DNA from: a virus | Reading direction: 5' to 3' (one strand) | Length of the DNA stretch: 64,000 bases | IMG/VR virus record: IMGVR_UViG_3300035703_000021 | Location: 32,001 to 96,000 of that record | Part shown: positions 1 through 8,602 of the stretch, piece by piece | Layout: the number at the start of each line of letters is the position of its first letter | Numbering within the stretch: the first letter of the stretch is position 1 | Notes under the pieces: model-generated | Database searches by the model: none | What the model saw: the letters and a program-made list of their open reading frames with translations, nothing else | Told to the model about the DNA's origin: nothing | Made by a program: the position numbers and the translations under genes

Positions 1-1342
1 AGGCCAGGAACCCGAACCGGATGAAACACTCGAGGGAGTTCTTGTGGATCTGGATTCCCATGTAGGGGAGAAGGGACTCGGAGTAGAAGTGGACATCATC
101 GGCCTGGAGGCACTTACTCAGGAAGAAGTCGGTGCTGTCGCGAAGCACGCGAAGATAGAGCGACATCGGGTCAGTCTCGTATTTCTCACAGAGCCACTTA
201 ATGTGGGAACCTGGATGGACGTCGTGGCCCTCCTTGTCGCTGATCTCCTCCAGCTCGAAGAGCCGGTAGGTGGAGATGGGCGCCAAGCGGCTGATCGCCC
301 CGCTGTCGAGCGAGTAGGTGATCTCTGGTTTCCATTCGTTGCAGTTCGCCAAAATTACGGTATTGGCAACCACCTCAATAGCATCAACACCCTTCTGCTC
401 GACCTTCTCCGTACCGCCGGTGACCACGGACTTGAAGCTGTGCGCTTTCAGCATCCGCTCAAGGCTATCGAGAGTCAGGTCGTCGTTGTAGGCTAGGTGG
501 GATGTCACCACGCTTCCCTGATTGAAGCGGGAGCCGAAGTCGCCCATGGAGGAGACATCGTAACCGACGTACTTCATAGCGTTGAGGATGCCATTAAGCG
601 TCAGCGTCTTGCCGACTCCGGGCTCGCCGATCACCACCCCAGCTTTACGGAATCCGTGCTCGAGGACTTTGTGAGTGCCCGGGTGGACTGCGCCCGTCCG
701 GCCAACGCACGCCCGGCCGATGATCAGCTTCATCATCTGAGCCTCGTGGTGAGGGAAGATGCGGATGATGTTCTCAAATCCTAACTTTTGCAGCTCCTCC
801 GAGAACCACTCCTTCTCCGGAACGTAAGCGTAGGTTTCCCTCACGGCGTCCTTGCGACCCTGCATAGTCGCCGGAGAGTGGGCGATACCGAGCTGGTACT
901 GTCCACCTCCGAGCTTCTTGTGCCTCATGGCTTTGAGGTTCTCGACGCCTAGCACGTGGTCGGTGATCTCGCTGCTGCGACCGGATCGGTAGACGAAGAG
1001 CGGGGTCGCAAACTCCTGCTCGTCAGCGGAGAGCTCGTGGAGAACATCCTCGTCGAGGATTGTTTCCTGAGCGGTCTCTAGGCGGATCTCTGACGCGGGA
1101 ACGAGAAACTGGAACCAGTCGGGAAACTTCACCGACTTCGGAGCCATGGGGTCCTTGCCCGGATTATGCTCCTCGTAGAGGGAGTGGTAGCCGGTGAGTT
1201 TAGCGTCGTAGTTGAATCGGAGATAGTAGCCTCTGTTCTCGGCCCAGGCCAAGATCTTCTTGTACATCCGAGATGGGCCAATGGCGTCGGACGCGAGCGT
1301 ATCCTTCGCCGATGAGTGTCCTTGATTCTTCGATTCTGCCAT
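1..1342 (-). CDS. Superfamily-3 (D5-like) helicase, 3' end runs off the window
   Basis: Not in the ORF track; translated by hand from ATG at 1342 (MAESKNQG...). Walker A VVIGEPGVGKT, Walker B LAYNDD, motif C VILANCN and Arg-finger-like SGAISRL. Confidence 0.8.
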   Translation of the reverse strand, partial: MAESKNQGHSSAKDTLASDAIGPSRMYKKILAWAENRGYYLRFNYDAKLTGYHSLYEEHNPGKDPMAPKSVKFPDWFQFLVPASEIRLETAQETILDEDVLHELSADEQEFATPLFVYRSGRSSEITDHVLGVENLKAMRHKKLGGGQYQLGIAHSPATMQGRKDAVRETYAYVPEKEWFSEELQKLGFENIIRIFPHHEAQMMKLIIGRACVGRTGAVHPGTHKVLEHGFRKAGVVIGEPGVGKTLTLNGILNAMKYVGYDVSSMGDFGSRFNQGSVVTSHLAYNDDLTLDSLERMLKAHSFKSVVTGGTEKVEQKGVDAIEVVANTVILANCNEWKPEITYSLDSGAISRLAPISTYRLFELEEISDKEGHDVHPGSHIKWLCEKYETDPMSLYLRVLRDSTDFFLSKCLQADDVHFYSESLLPYMGIQIHKNSLECFIRFGFLA

Positions 1343-1346
1343 GCAA

Positions 1347-1373
1347 TAAAAAAGTCCCATGCTAGATGGGACT
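1347..1373 (-). terminator. Intrinsic terminator-like hairpin overlapping a -10 box
   Basis: Minus strand AGTCCCAT-CTAGC-ATGGGACT followed by a T-run; TATAAT (1374-1379) lies immediately upstream. Confidence 0.6.
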
Positions 1374-1399
1374 ATTATAGATCAGTTGAGGGGCCCGAG

Positions 1400-2674
1400 T
1401 CAAGAGCCTGTGACCAGTTGTGATAGTTGCTCCTTGATGGAGGTTCGGAGGTCCTTGAGGCCGCGGAGCAGGGCTCTCAGCTCCTTAACGCACTTCTTAT
1501 CGTCGGCCTCGCGACACTGCCGCAGGTTCTCCGTCTCCTCTTTTATCTTGGAGTGCGTCTCAGAATCCTTGAGAGCGAGGTCTTTGCACTTCTCAAAAAT
1601 CTCAATGTCGGAGACTTTCTCCATGCAAAGAGTCCTATTCCGGCCGGTGAGCTCGGGGTGGGAGTTCTCGCGTCTGGACTTAGAGGCTCTGGAGAAGAAA
1701 GAGGTCTTGTCCTCGTGCCATGTTGCAGGGATTTCCGGGAGGAAAAGTCCCTTTCGTAAGAGAAAGGTTCTTGCGGACAGCATGTGATCTGACCGGTTGG
1801 ATGGAGTTGTATTGTTAAGTACTTTGAGTAGGCGTTTGGTATCTTCTTCTGTAAAACGCCATGTAGTATCTTCGTCATAAAGATCAAAAAATCGTAGCGG
1901 AGTGCCAGGGTAGAGATTATCGCCGAGGTCACCGTACTCGACTTTGAAGTCGTAGCAGCCTCTGGCGGTGGTGATATGCATTCCCTCCTTGCGGAGATAG
2001 TAATCGCAGACCTCGCGTTCCGAGCGAAGCCTAGGCAACCAGGGGCCGGTGTTGGCCCAGATGATCTGATGCTCGTCGGAGACGAGGCCCTGCCAGTCAC
2101 CATCCAAAGTCCCGAGAAGGATCTGGCGCTTGGCGAGTTTGGAGTTCTTGCGAGCTTTGCGCTTGAGCCTGCACACGTGCCCGGCGATGTCATCCGCCTC
2201 AAAGAACTCCTTGGCGAAGTAGTGGAAGGTGGAGCCGGGGGAGTTGATGTACTTGTACCCCTCGTCCTGGATGAGGTCGAAGAACTCGGTCTTCTCACCC
2301 CGCCCGCCTTTGTACTCAGCCATGTCGAGCTTGTGGGCCTCGATATGCCGCCAGTACCCCTTGCCACTCACGGAGGCTTCGGAGAAGTCCGCTGGAAGTT
2401 TGCCCTTAAGGTCGTCTGCCACAAGCCCCACGAAGGGCATGGGGCTAAGCATATCCGGCCCTCGGTTGAGGCGATAGGCCCACATGGCCTTGATTATCTT
2501 GCGAAGCTCCTCCTCAGAGCCATTCGCCACGTCCACAGCCGCTTCCGCGTAATTATTGATAAAGTGCGCACAGACCTTGAAATCGATGACGTAGACCGGA
2601 CAATAAGGATCGAGGACGGGCTCAAATACATCTTCGAGTAGGGTGGCGGTGTGGTCGTATTCGGGTAGGGGCAT
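1400..2674 (-). CDS. 5'-3' exonuclease / flap endonuclease (T4 RNase H / Pol I N-terminal family)
   Basis: Acidic motifs VIDF, YKGGR, FEADDIAG, LDGDWQGL and GDLGDNLYPG in the canonical order. Confidence 0.8.
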   Translation of the reverse strand: MPLPEYDHTATLLEDVFEPVLDPYCPVYVIDFKVCAHFINNYAEAAVDVANGSEEELRKIIKAMWAYRLNRGPDMLSPMPFVGLVADDLKGKLPADFSEASVSGKGYWRHIEAHKLDMAEYKGGRGEKTEFFDLIQDEGYKYINSPGSTFHYFAKEFFEADDIAGHVCRLKRKARKNSKLAKRQILLGTLDGDWQGLVSDEHQIIWANTGPWLPRLRSEREVCDYYLRKEGMHITTARGCYDFKVEYGDLGDNLYPGTPLRFFDLYDEDTTWRFTEEDTKRLLKVLNNTTPSNRSDHMLSARTFLLRKGLFLPEIPATWHEDKTSFFSRASKSRRENSHPELTGRNRTLCMEKVSDIEIFEKCKDLALKDSETHSKIKEETENLRQCREADDKKCVKELRALLRGLKDLRTSIKEQLSQLVTGS

Positions 2675-3519
2675 CAGTTCGCTACTTCCATCTTCGTTGC
2701 CGGGTGGGAGACGTAGTCGATGAGCTCGAAGTCGGTCTCGGGATCGAGGTCGAAGATGGGCTTCTCGTTATTGATCCATACATCGCACTGGGCCATAGGT
2801 GAGTTGGTGATGATCGACTTGATGGCGAGTTCGTTCTGGGAGTAGATGTGGTTGTTGGCCGAGGCGAACATCACGAACCGGGGAACCAGGTTGGCGTCCT
2901 GAGCCATCTTGGTGACAAGAAGGCCGTAGCGGAACATATCCAACGGCACCCCCGTCGCCATGTCGTTACTCCGGGCATTGACCATCAGATCAAGATGAGC
3001 CCCATCGCTAGAAAAAGTGAGGTTAGGATGACAAGGAGGGCAGTGAAGAGAATCGTAAGCAGGATTAAAAGTCTGAAGCACCAGTTGGCGATTGGTCGGG
3101 TTGGTGCGGAGCTGCTCCCAGATCCACTTGAGTTGGTCGAATGGTTCGGCACGGAAGTTCTCCCACTGCATATTCTGCTCGGGGCAGACTTGAGGCCAGG
3201 CCCTCCAGCTCCGGCCATAAGCCCCGGCCAGGCGTCCTTCGGCGTCGGCGAGGAAGTCCCAGAAGTGCTTGGCGGGGCCTAGATTGGTTACCTGGTAGTC
3301 GCCATTGACATCCCACATGAACTCACGGAAGAGGTTACGGACGGGCATCTTGCGGAGGGTAAGGGCTGGGAAGCCGTTCCGCAGATCGACTTTGATGGTC
3401 TGGCCGAACATCTGCTTGTATCGCAGATTGTTCCGGCCTACAACCTCGGTGCCCTCATCGAGGATCTCTCTGGCGATTTTGATGTACTGGAGGTCGAAGG
3501 ACAGGCAGGGCTGTGGCAT
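2674..3519 (-). CDS. Thymidylate synthase-family enzyme with Asn-to-Asp specificity change; putative dCMP (hydroxy)methylase
   Basis: ThyA motifs FPALTLRK, YGRSWRAW, DQL, PPCH, RSND and HIY; GVPLD in place of GxPFN (Asp codon at 2938-2940). Confidence 0.8.
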   Translation of the reverse strand: MPQPCLSFDLQYIKIAREILDEGTEVVGRNNLRYKQMFGQTIKVDLRNGFPALTLRKMPVRNLFREFMWDVNGDYQVTNLGPAKHFWDFLADAEGRLAGAYGRSWRAWPQVCPEQNMQWENFRAEPFDQLKWIWEQLRTNPTNRQLVLQTFNPAYDSLHCPPCHPNLTFSSDGAHLDLMVNARSNDMATGVPLDMFRYGLLVTKMAQDANLVPRFVMFASANNHIYSQNELAIKSIITNSPMAQCDVWINNEKPIFDLDPETDFELIDYVSHPATKMEVAN

Positions 3520-3545
3520 GGCTCACTGGTATGGGTTATGAGACC

Positions 3546-3575
3546 ATTTTACCACAGCCGGGCCGGATTTGTCTA
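3546..3575 (-). promoter_or_regulatory. Sigma70-type promoter of the ThyA-like gene
   Basis: TAGACA-18 bp-TAAAAT with TG extension (TGGTAAAAT). Confidence 0.5.
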
Positions 3576-3812
3576 GGGTCCGAAATACTTCTCAACGAGG
3601 AGGCGCTGGAGCTTGACGAACTTGCGGAGGGGGTAGTTGTATTCCATGGCCCACTGGAGCAGGGACCGACTCCCCATCTCGATGAGTTCCATCTCCGGGT
3701 CCTCGGAGATCACTTCCTCCTTGGCGACGAAGAACTTCTCTCCGTCGTGGGCTACTACGAGCCAGGGCACGTCCTTATCAAACCGGACGGGCTTTGCGAT
3801 TCTTTCGATCAT
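3573..3812 (-). CDS. Hypothetical protein (79 aa)
   Basis: ATGA overlap with the upstream gene; phage-like codon usage. Confidence 0.65.
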   Translation of the reverse strand: MIERIAKPVRFDKDVPWLVVAHDGEKFFVAKEEVISEDPEMELIEMGSRSLLQWAMEYNYPLRKFVKLQRLLVEKYFGP

Positions 3813-4285
3813 TTGTTGTTAGATTTCTTGTGGGCTTCAATGATGTCCTCGGTGGATCGGGCTTTGGATAGAGCTTGGACTTGAGCCCGTGATAGTCCGC
3901 CGAGGTCTGTTTGTTTGTACCCGGGGCCTTTCGGCGTGGCTGAGGCACCAGGGACGCACGTTTTACCAGCACGTGTCGTTCCTGCCGGGCAGCGCCCCAG
4001 CGCTTTCCCCTTATAGAATACCATGGAATCGGCGTAATTGGCACCCCCGCCTTCGACATTGGAGGCAGATGAGGCTCTCTTAGCTTTAAGAATCTCCATG
4101 TAGTCTGCCTGGGAGAGTTTTGTTAACTTATCTCCAAAGAATAGATTTACATCCTCTGGTGACATCTTCTTGATGTAGAAGTAGTTTAACAGACTTTCGT
4201 GCTTTGACATCACGGACTTGGGATCTTTTACCCCAGAATCCTTCAAATACTGAAATATGGAGTTTTTCCAGTCTTTTATTCCCAT
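3809..4285 (-). CDS. Hypothetical protein with CxxG-x4-GxxCV motif
   Basis: Translationally coupled ORF; RCPAGTTRAGKTCVP motif shared with the upstream gene. Confidence 0.65.
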   Translation of the reverse strand: MGIKDWKNSIFQYLKDSGVKDPKSVMSKHESLLNYFYIKKMSPEDVNLFFGDKLTKLSQADYMEILKAKRASSASNVEGGGANYADSMVFYKGKALGRCPAGTTRAGKTCVPGASATPKGPGYKQTDLGGLSRAQVQALSKARSTEDIIEAHKKSNNK

Positions 4286-6450
4286 TAGAATTGACTCCTG
4301 AGTATGTTGATTTCGGCATCGGAAACATTCCTTCCGATGAATTGAGAAAGTTTTTCAACTCCAGCTTTAAAGATACTCTCTGCATCTTGATTAGATGCGC
4401 CGCCTATCTTAGATAGGTATCTGTTTCCTGCCACCGTTCCTGATAGCAAAGAGGCCGCTAAAGTATTTTTGATATCTGATATCGCGTTATTTATTTCATC
4501 GAAGGATTGCCCTTCTTTGAGTTTGGAGGATATTCCTCCCCAAAGCAGATTTTGCATTGGAGAAGACATGCCTTTTTCGCTTGGGGCTGGTGCGTTGGGG
4601 TGAGAAGTTCCAAAATACGATATTCCAAGAATCTTAAGAGCCTGTTTTTTAACAAATTCTTGCACTTCCGCCGAGGATGGATCCAAAGAAGTTGCATTTG
4701 CTTCTCGAAGATCATTATCAAGAACGTTTTTTGAGATCATTCCGATGTCCTTCCGCATATCTCCAGTCAAACTACCTCTTGAATTATTAAGAGCACCCTC
4801 ACTCAATTTTTTACCAGTGCCAGCTTGCGATAATGCCACCGAGGTTCCAAATTGAGACTTATACGCGGCGCTTTGAGCGTCATTGTATAAGCGTTTTTGT
4901 TCCTCTGGATTCTCGGAAAGCTGATTAAGCCTTTCCTTCTCTCCTAATGCTGATCTATATAACCACAGGAAATTATTATCGCTTAGATGGGTGTTCAACC
5001 CTCCTCGCGTAAAGACTCCATTATCAGGATGATCCCCACCACCCCTAGCTGACGGAAGTACGTGGTCCAACGTTAAAGTAAAAGGACCCATAATAGTTGG
5101 GTCTTGGGTGTATCCATCTATTCCTCCTTGAACAAGGTATTTTTTTAGCATACCTTTACCGCGGGTTGAGGTAATTTTGTCAGCGTAAACTGGTATTTTT
5201 TTGCCATCTTGGATTTCGTATCCGCCAAATATGTTTTTCCTAGGACTTCCAACCTTATCGAATCTGCCTTTAAGAGTGGGAGGAAGAAGCGGATAAATAA
5301 TGTCAACTATTTGATCCTGCTCTTCGGGGGTTAAATCTTTGAACGAATCTAGCGGAGATCCGAAGGTCTTTCTCTCGGATTCCTGCAGGTGCTCCTGCAT
5401 TACATCGGAGGATAGGTTTTCCGCCAACGCCGCTCTTTTCTTTTCCCTCTGGTTATAGGCGGAGAGTTTTTGTTCGTATTCTGCTTTAACAGCTTCTTTC
5501 TGTTCTTTGGGGAGCCCTTTCAAATTAGGTTTCTGCGGAGGATGCTCCGATAGATCTTCCTCCGTTAATCCAGCAGCTAATAGGGCTTTCTTAATGGGGC
5601 CATTTAGTACGGACTCTAGTTCACTGTAATTTCTAAACGCTCTCTGCTCCCCTTCTTCACTTGGATCTACCTGCGATACCGATCCATCTGAATTTAATTT
5701 GTATTCTAGGCTAAATTGTTTTACGTCCTGAGCGGTTTTGCCTTCTTTTACAGTATCTCCAGATATTCTTTTTCCGTCTCCGTCTACCCACAGAGACATG
5801 AATTCTAACACGCTAGTTGCACTATTTTTAAGTTTTGGATTACTGCCTAACTTTGATTCTACGTAGTTTCTAATGGTTGTTCTTTCTTTTCCTCTACCGA
5901 CCATTTGTGTGTCTATATACATAGACGGGTTACGATTACGATCTTTTAGAAAAGCTCCTCTCTGGGAGTGGGCTTGATTTAAAGTAGTAGATCCAGTTGC
6001 TTCTCCGCTGGGCTTTGGCCGCTTTTCTGATTTAGGTTCTGGTTTTGGTTTGGGTTGCTCTTCTTGCTTAGGTTGAGATTGCGTTTCTTCAGTTGCTCCT
6101 TTTCTATCGAGAGCCTTTGACATTCCCTCCTGGATCTGCGCCCCGGTTCTTTTTTGAGGAAGAGTTCTTACATTACCTTTTGGCTTAGGAGCCGTGCTAC
6201 TTTGAACGCACTGATCCCCTTGGGCATGGAATCCAGGATCGCATTTATGGACCATAGCTGCCTGCTTCCTGTTGCCATGAGCCGGCTGTTGCTTTAGTTG
6301 CCCAACAGCAAAGCTAACTGCCTCAGAAAACCCAACAACATCCCTACCCTCAAGAGCGGGCATCCTAGCCTCACCCTCAAACAGCTGTTCCGCTACCCAT
6401 TCAGTTTTATCCGCGATTCCCCAATCCTGAGGGGCATAATCCCCGAGCAT
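4285..6450 (-). CDS. Large low-GC protein with an HNH-like nuclease motif
   Basis: LTLDHVLPSARGGGDHPDNGVFTRGGLN; N-terminal KCDPGFHAQGDQCV; visibly AT-richer than its flanks. Confidence 0.65.
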   Translation of the reverse strand: MLGDYAPQDWGIADKTEWVAEQLFEGEARMPALEGRDVVGFSEAVSFAVGQLKQQPAHGNRKQAAMVHKCDPGFHAQGDQCVQSSTAPKPKGNVRTLPQKRTGAQIQEGMSKALDRKGATEETQSQPKQEEQPKPKPEPKSEKRPKPSGEATGSTTLNQAHSQRGAFLKDRNRNPSMYIDTQMVGRGKERTTIRNYVESKLGSNPKLKNSATSVLEFMSLWVDGDGKRISGDTVKEGKTAQDVKQFSLEYKLNSDGSVSQVDPSEEGEQRAFRNYSELESVLNGPIKKALLAAGLTEEDLSEHPPQKPNLKGLPKEQKEAVKAEYEQKLSAYNQREKKRAALAENLSSDVMQEHLQESERKTFGSPLDSFKDLTPEEQDQIVDIIYPLLPPTLKGRFDKVGSPRKNIFGGYEIQDGKKIPVYADKITSTRGKGMLKKYLVQGGIDGYTQDPTIMGPFTLTLDHVLPSARGGGDHPDNGVFTRGGLNTHLSDNNFLWLYRSALGEKERLNQLSENPEEQKRLYNDAQSAAYKSQFGTSVALSQAGTGKKLSEGALNNSRGSLTGDMRKDIGMISKNVLDNDLREANATSLDPSSAEVQEFVKKQALKILGISYFGTSHPNAPAPSEKGMSSPMQNLLWGGISSKLKEGQSFDEINNAISDIKNTLAASLLSGTVAGNRYLSKIGGASNQDAESIFKAGVEKLSQFIGRNVSDAEINILRSQF

Positions 6451-6473
6451 AATTCAAGCGCTATTTACTTAGT

Positions 6474-6501
6474 CTTTAAACCCGTGTCTTTCAGTCTAAA
6501 G
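6474..6501. promoter_or_regulatory. Divergent pair of putative phage promoter motifs
   Basis: GTTTAAAG on the minus strand (6474-6481) and GTCTAAAG on the plus strand (6494-6501), each about 23 nt from a start codon. Confidence 0.5.
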
Positions 6502-6523
6502 ACCTCCGTAAACCAATTCTACC

Positions 6524-7723
6524 ATGTCATCATACACCCACGGCCACATCATCCCCCTGGTAGGAGGGAGCGTGGTCGGCACGACCCTGGCCCTGGAGAA
6601 GGATCCGGAGTGGATCGCGTCCTGGAGCGACTCATTCGGCGCCAATGATCAGTACTGCCTGAAGTACTTCGACAAGACCCCCTTCCACAATCTCGATGAG
6701 GGGAACTACCCCACAAAGTACGTCGATATTGTTACGTCCCTGCCGCCCTGCGCCGGCCTCTCGATGGCCAATACCACTTCCGGCGAGAAGGTCAACAACC
6801 CACGTGGTTGCTCGGCGCCCAGCAACATGCACATGTACCACGCAGCTGAGTTCGCCATGTCCAAGATCAAGCCTAAGGCCATGATGGTGGAGAATGCGCC
6901 GGCCCTCTACTCGAAGATGGGAGAGGAGTTCGCGGAGCGGATCAACTCACTGGCCGCGGAGCACGACTACTCCATGAGCCTGGTGAAGACCACCTCGATC
7001 AATCACGGGGTGCCCCAGGAGCGTACTCGCTCGTTCTTCTTCCTGTGGCAGGGGGACAAAGTCCCGGTGCTCTCTCCTGTGAAGCGTGACTTCGAGCCCT
7101 TCCACAAGTTCCTGAAAGCTGGTGGATTCGCTAAATCCGAGCCGGTCAACTCCAAGGGAACACCTAGCGCCGATCCGCTGTGGCAATTTATCGAGGAGAA
7201 GTACGCCGGCTACACCAAGCAGGACATTCTCTCCAAGGTGGCCTCGAAGCGCATGACGTCAGTCTGGAACGTTATCTACGAGTCGGGTTGGTTGGAGGAG
7301 GCCGCGAGAGTGGTCAAGGATGAGAAGGCCAATCGCTGGCTCAACTACACACTTGAGAAGAAGCGCGCCGGCAAGAACATCATGGACGGTAGTATGAAAC
7401 TGGCTTGGTATAGAACGCAGAGTCTGATGTGGAAGTCACTTCCGTATCTTATGCATCCCTACGAGGATCGTTGGCTAACAGTGGCCGAGGGCCTCGCGCT
7501 GATGGGGTTCCCGAAGGAGTACGCCGAGAAGGTCTCTATTCCCACCAAGCACAGCAATGTTATTGCGCAGAACGTGCCCGCGTGCACAGCCCGCGACTGG
7601 ATCCTGGAGGTGGAGGAGGCGCTCAAGGGCAATCGCGAGTGGGTGGAAAGGCCTAATGGCGCGATCCTGAGACAGAACAATACCACCTCCACTAAGCCCA
7701 TGGAGCCGATCTGGGCGCTCTGA
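6524..7723 (+). CDS. DNA cytosine-C5 methyltransferase homologue with atypical motif I
   Basis: Motif IV PPCAGLS, VI ENAP, VIII PQERTRSFF, IX RWLTVAEGLALMGFP, X IAQNVP; motif I reads IIPLVGGS. Confidence 0.85.
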   Translation: MSSYTHGHIIPLVGGSVVGTTLALEKDPEWIASWSDSFGANDQYCLKYFDKTPFHNLDEGNYPTKYVDIVTSLPPCAGLSMANTTSGEKVNNPRGCSAPSNMHMYHAAEFAMSKIKPKAMMVENAPALYSKMGEEFAERINSLAAEHDYSMSLVKTTSINHGVPQERTRSFFFLWQGDKVPVLSPVKRDFEPFHKFLKAGGFAKSEPVNSKGTPSADPLWQFIEEKYAGYTKQDILSKVASKRMTSVWNVIYESGWLEEAARVVKDEKANRWLNYTLEKKRAGKNIMDGSMKLAWYRTQSLMWKSLPYLMHPYEDRWLTVAEGLALMGFPKEYAEKVSIPTKHSNVIAQNVPACTARDWILEVEEALKGNREWVERPNGAILRQNNTTSTKPMEPIWAL

Positions 7724-7727
7724 GCGC

Positions 7728-8294
7728 TCAGTACACCAACTTATTCTTGATCTGCATCATCCCACCGAGAAGCGCCTGAGCTTCGCTCCCGTCCGGCTCG
7801 TGGAAGATGATCTCCGCTGTACTGGCCACGAACTCCTCTGGGGTCTGTGGCCTTTCCTCGTATGTTTTCTCGTAGAGCTCGATGGCCTGGTCCACTGTGG
7901 CTTCCACTCGTGCCTCGATGACCTCGTCGGTCATAGTGAAGGTTTTGTGAAGCGCCTCCGACTGTACCCACTTGCGCTGAACGAAGTCCACAAGAGCGAG
8001 AAGCTCCTTGCGGGTAAGAGTCTCGTCCTCCACGGCCTTCAGCAGCATGGAGATGATGAGCCGGGTCTGGGACTCGGAGTAGTTCCTGTGTGCAGTATTC
8101 CTCAGCCAGAAGATGTCTAACTCGTCGAAGAGGATCTTAAGGTTCTTAGCGCCGATCTTCTTTATCGCCTTTCTGTTCACGAAGTCGAGGATGAGGTCGA
8201 GCGCCGGTTCGAGCAGGCCCCACAGCACAGCGGCCTGGATGATGATTCCCCTCTCCGAGGGTCTCTTCTTCCCAAACGAAAAGTAAAAATCCAT
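7728..8294 (-). CDS. Hypothetical protein (188 aa)
   Basis: Long ORF with genome-typical codon usage; no recognised motif. Confidence 0.65.
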   Translation of the reverse strand: MDFYFSFGKKRPSERGIIIQAAVLWGLLEPALDLILDFVNRKAIKKIGAKNLKILFDELDIFWLRNTAHRNYSESQTRLIISMLLKAVEDETLTRKELLALVDFVQRKWVQSEALHKTFTMTDEVIEARVEATVDQAIELYEKTYEERPQTPEEFVASTAEIIFHEPDGSEAQALLGGMMQIKNKLVY

Positions 8295-8303
8295 CTCTGA
8301 TAC

Positions 8304-8332
8304 AAAAAAAAAGAGGGAGTCGATGCTCCCTC
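8304..8332 (-). terminator. Intrinsic terminator after the riboswitch-linked peptide
   Basis: GAGGGAGC-ATCG-ACTCCCTC followed by T9. Confidence 0.75.
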
Positions 8333-8338
8333 CGATCT

Positions 8339-8458
8339 TTAGACCACTACTGCGGCTTCTGATTTTCTAACTAACTGGGCCAGAGAGGCCGCTTGTCTGC
8401 GGTTCTCTTTCTCTTTCTGCTCCTTGATGAGCTGGAGGACGTTGATTGTTTTTGACAT
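8339..8458 (-). CDS. 39-aa peptide downstream of the glutamine riboswitch (MSKTINVLQLIKEQKEKENRRQAASLAQLVRKSEAAVVV)
   Basis: Hand-translated; GGAG RBS upstream and terminator downstream; below the ORF-track length cutoff. Confidence 0.7.
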   Translation of the reverse strand: MSKTINVLQLIKEQKEKENRRQAASLAQLVRKSEAAVVV

Positions 8459-8490
8459 TAGGTTGCTCCGTTACTTTTTAGGGTATTGGT

Positions 8491-8591
8491 GCGTTCCTTC
8501 AGTCGGCTTTTGCGGCCGTGGTGAGCGGCTGAACGATCCGTTCCGAGTCGGCTTACTTCCGTCGGAGAGGACTAACTCCCCGATGAACGAT
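8491..8591 (-). ncRNA. Tandem glnA-type (glutamine) riboswitch
   Basis: Two units: ATCGTTCA-[TCGGGGAG/CTCTCCGA stem]-CGGAAGTAAG...GGAACG and ATCGTTCA-[GCCG/CGGC stem]-CGCAAAAG...GAAGGAACGC. CGTTC/GAACG P1 pairing and GGAAGTAAG/GAAG elements match the glnA motif as I recall it. Confidence 0.75.
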
Positions 8592-8602
8592 CTATAGGTC
8601 CT

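Noticed and set aside
44-784. Plus-strand ORFs 44-496 and 497-784, and the many similar antisense ORFs in the track
   Set aside because: Shadow ORFs opposite real genes (here the SF3 helicase); expected from GC3-rich coding and lacking motifs.
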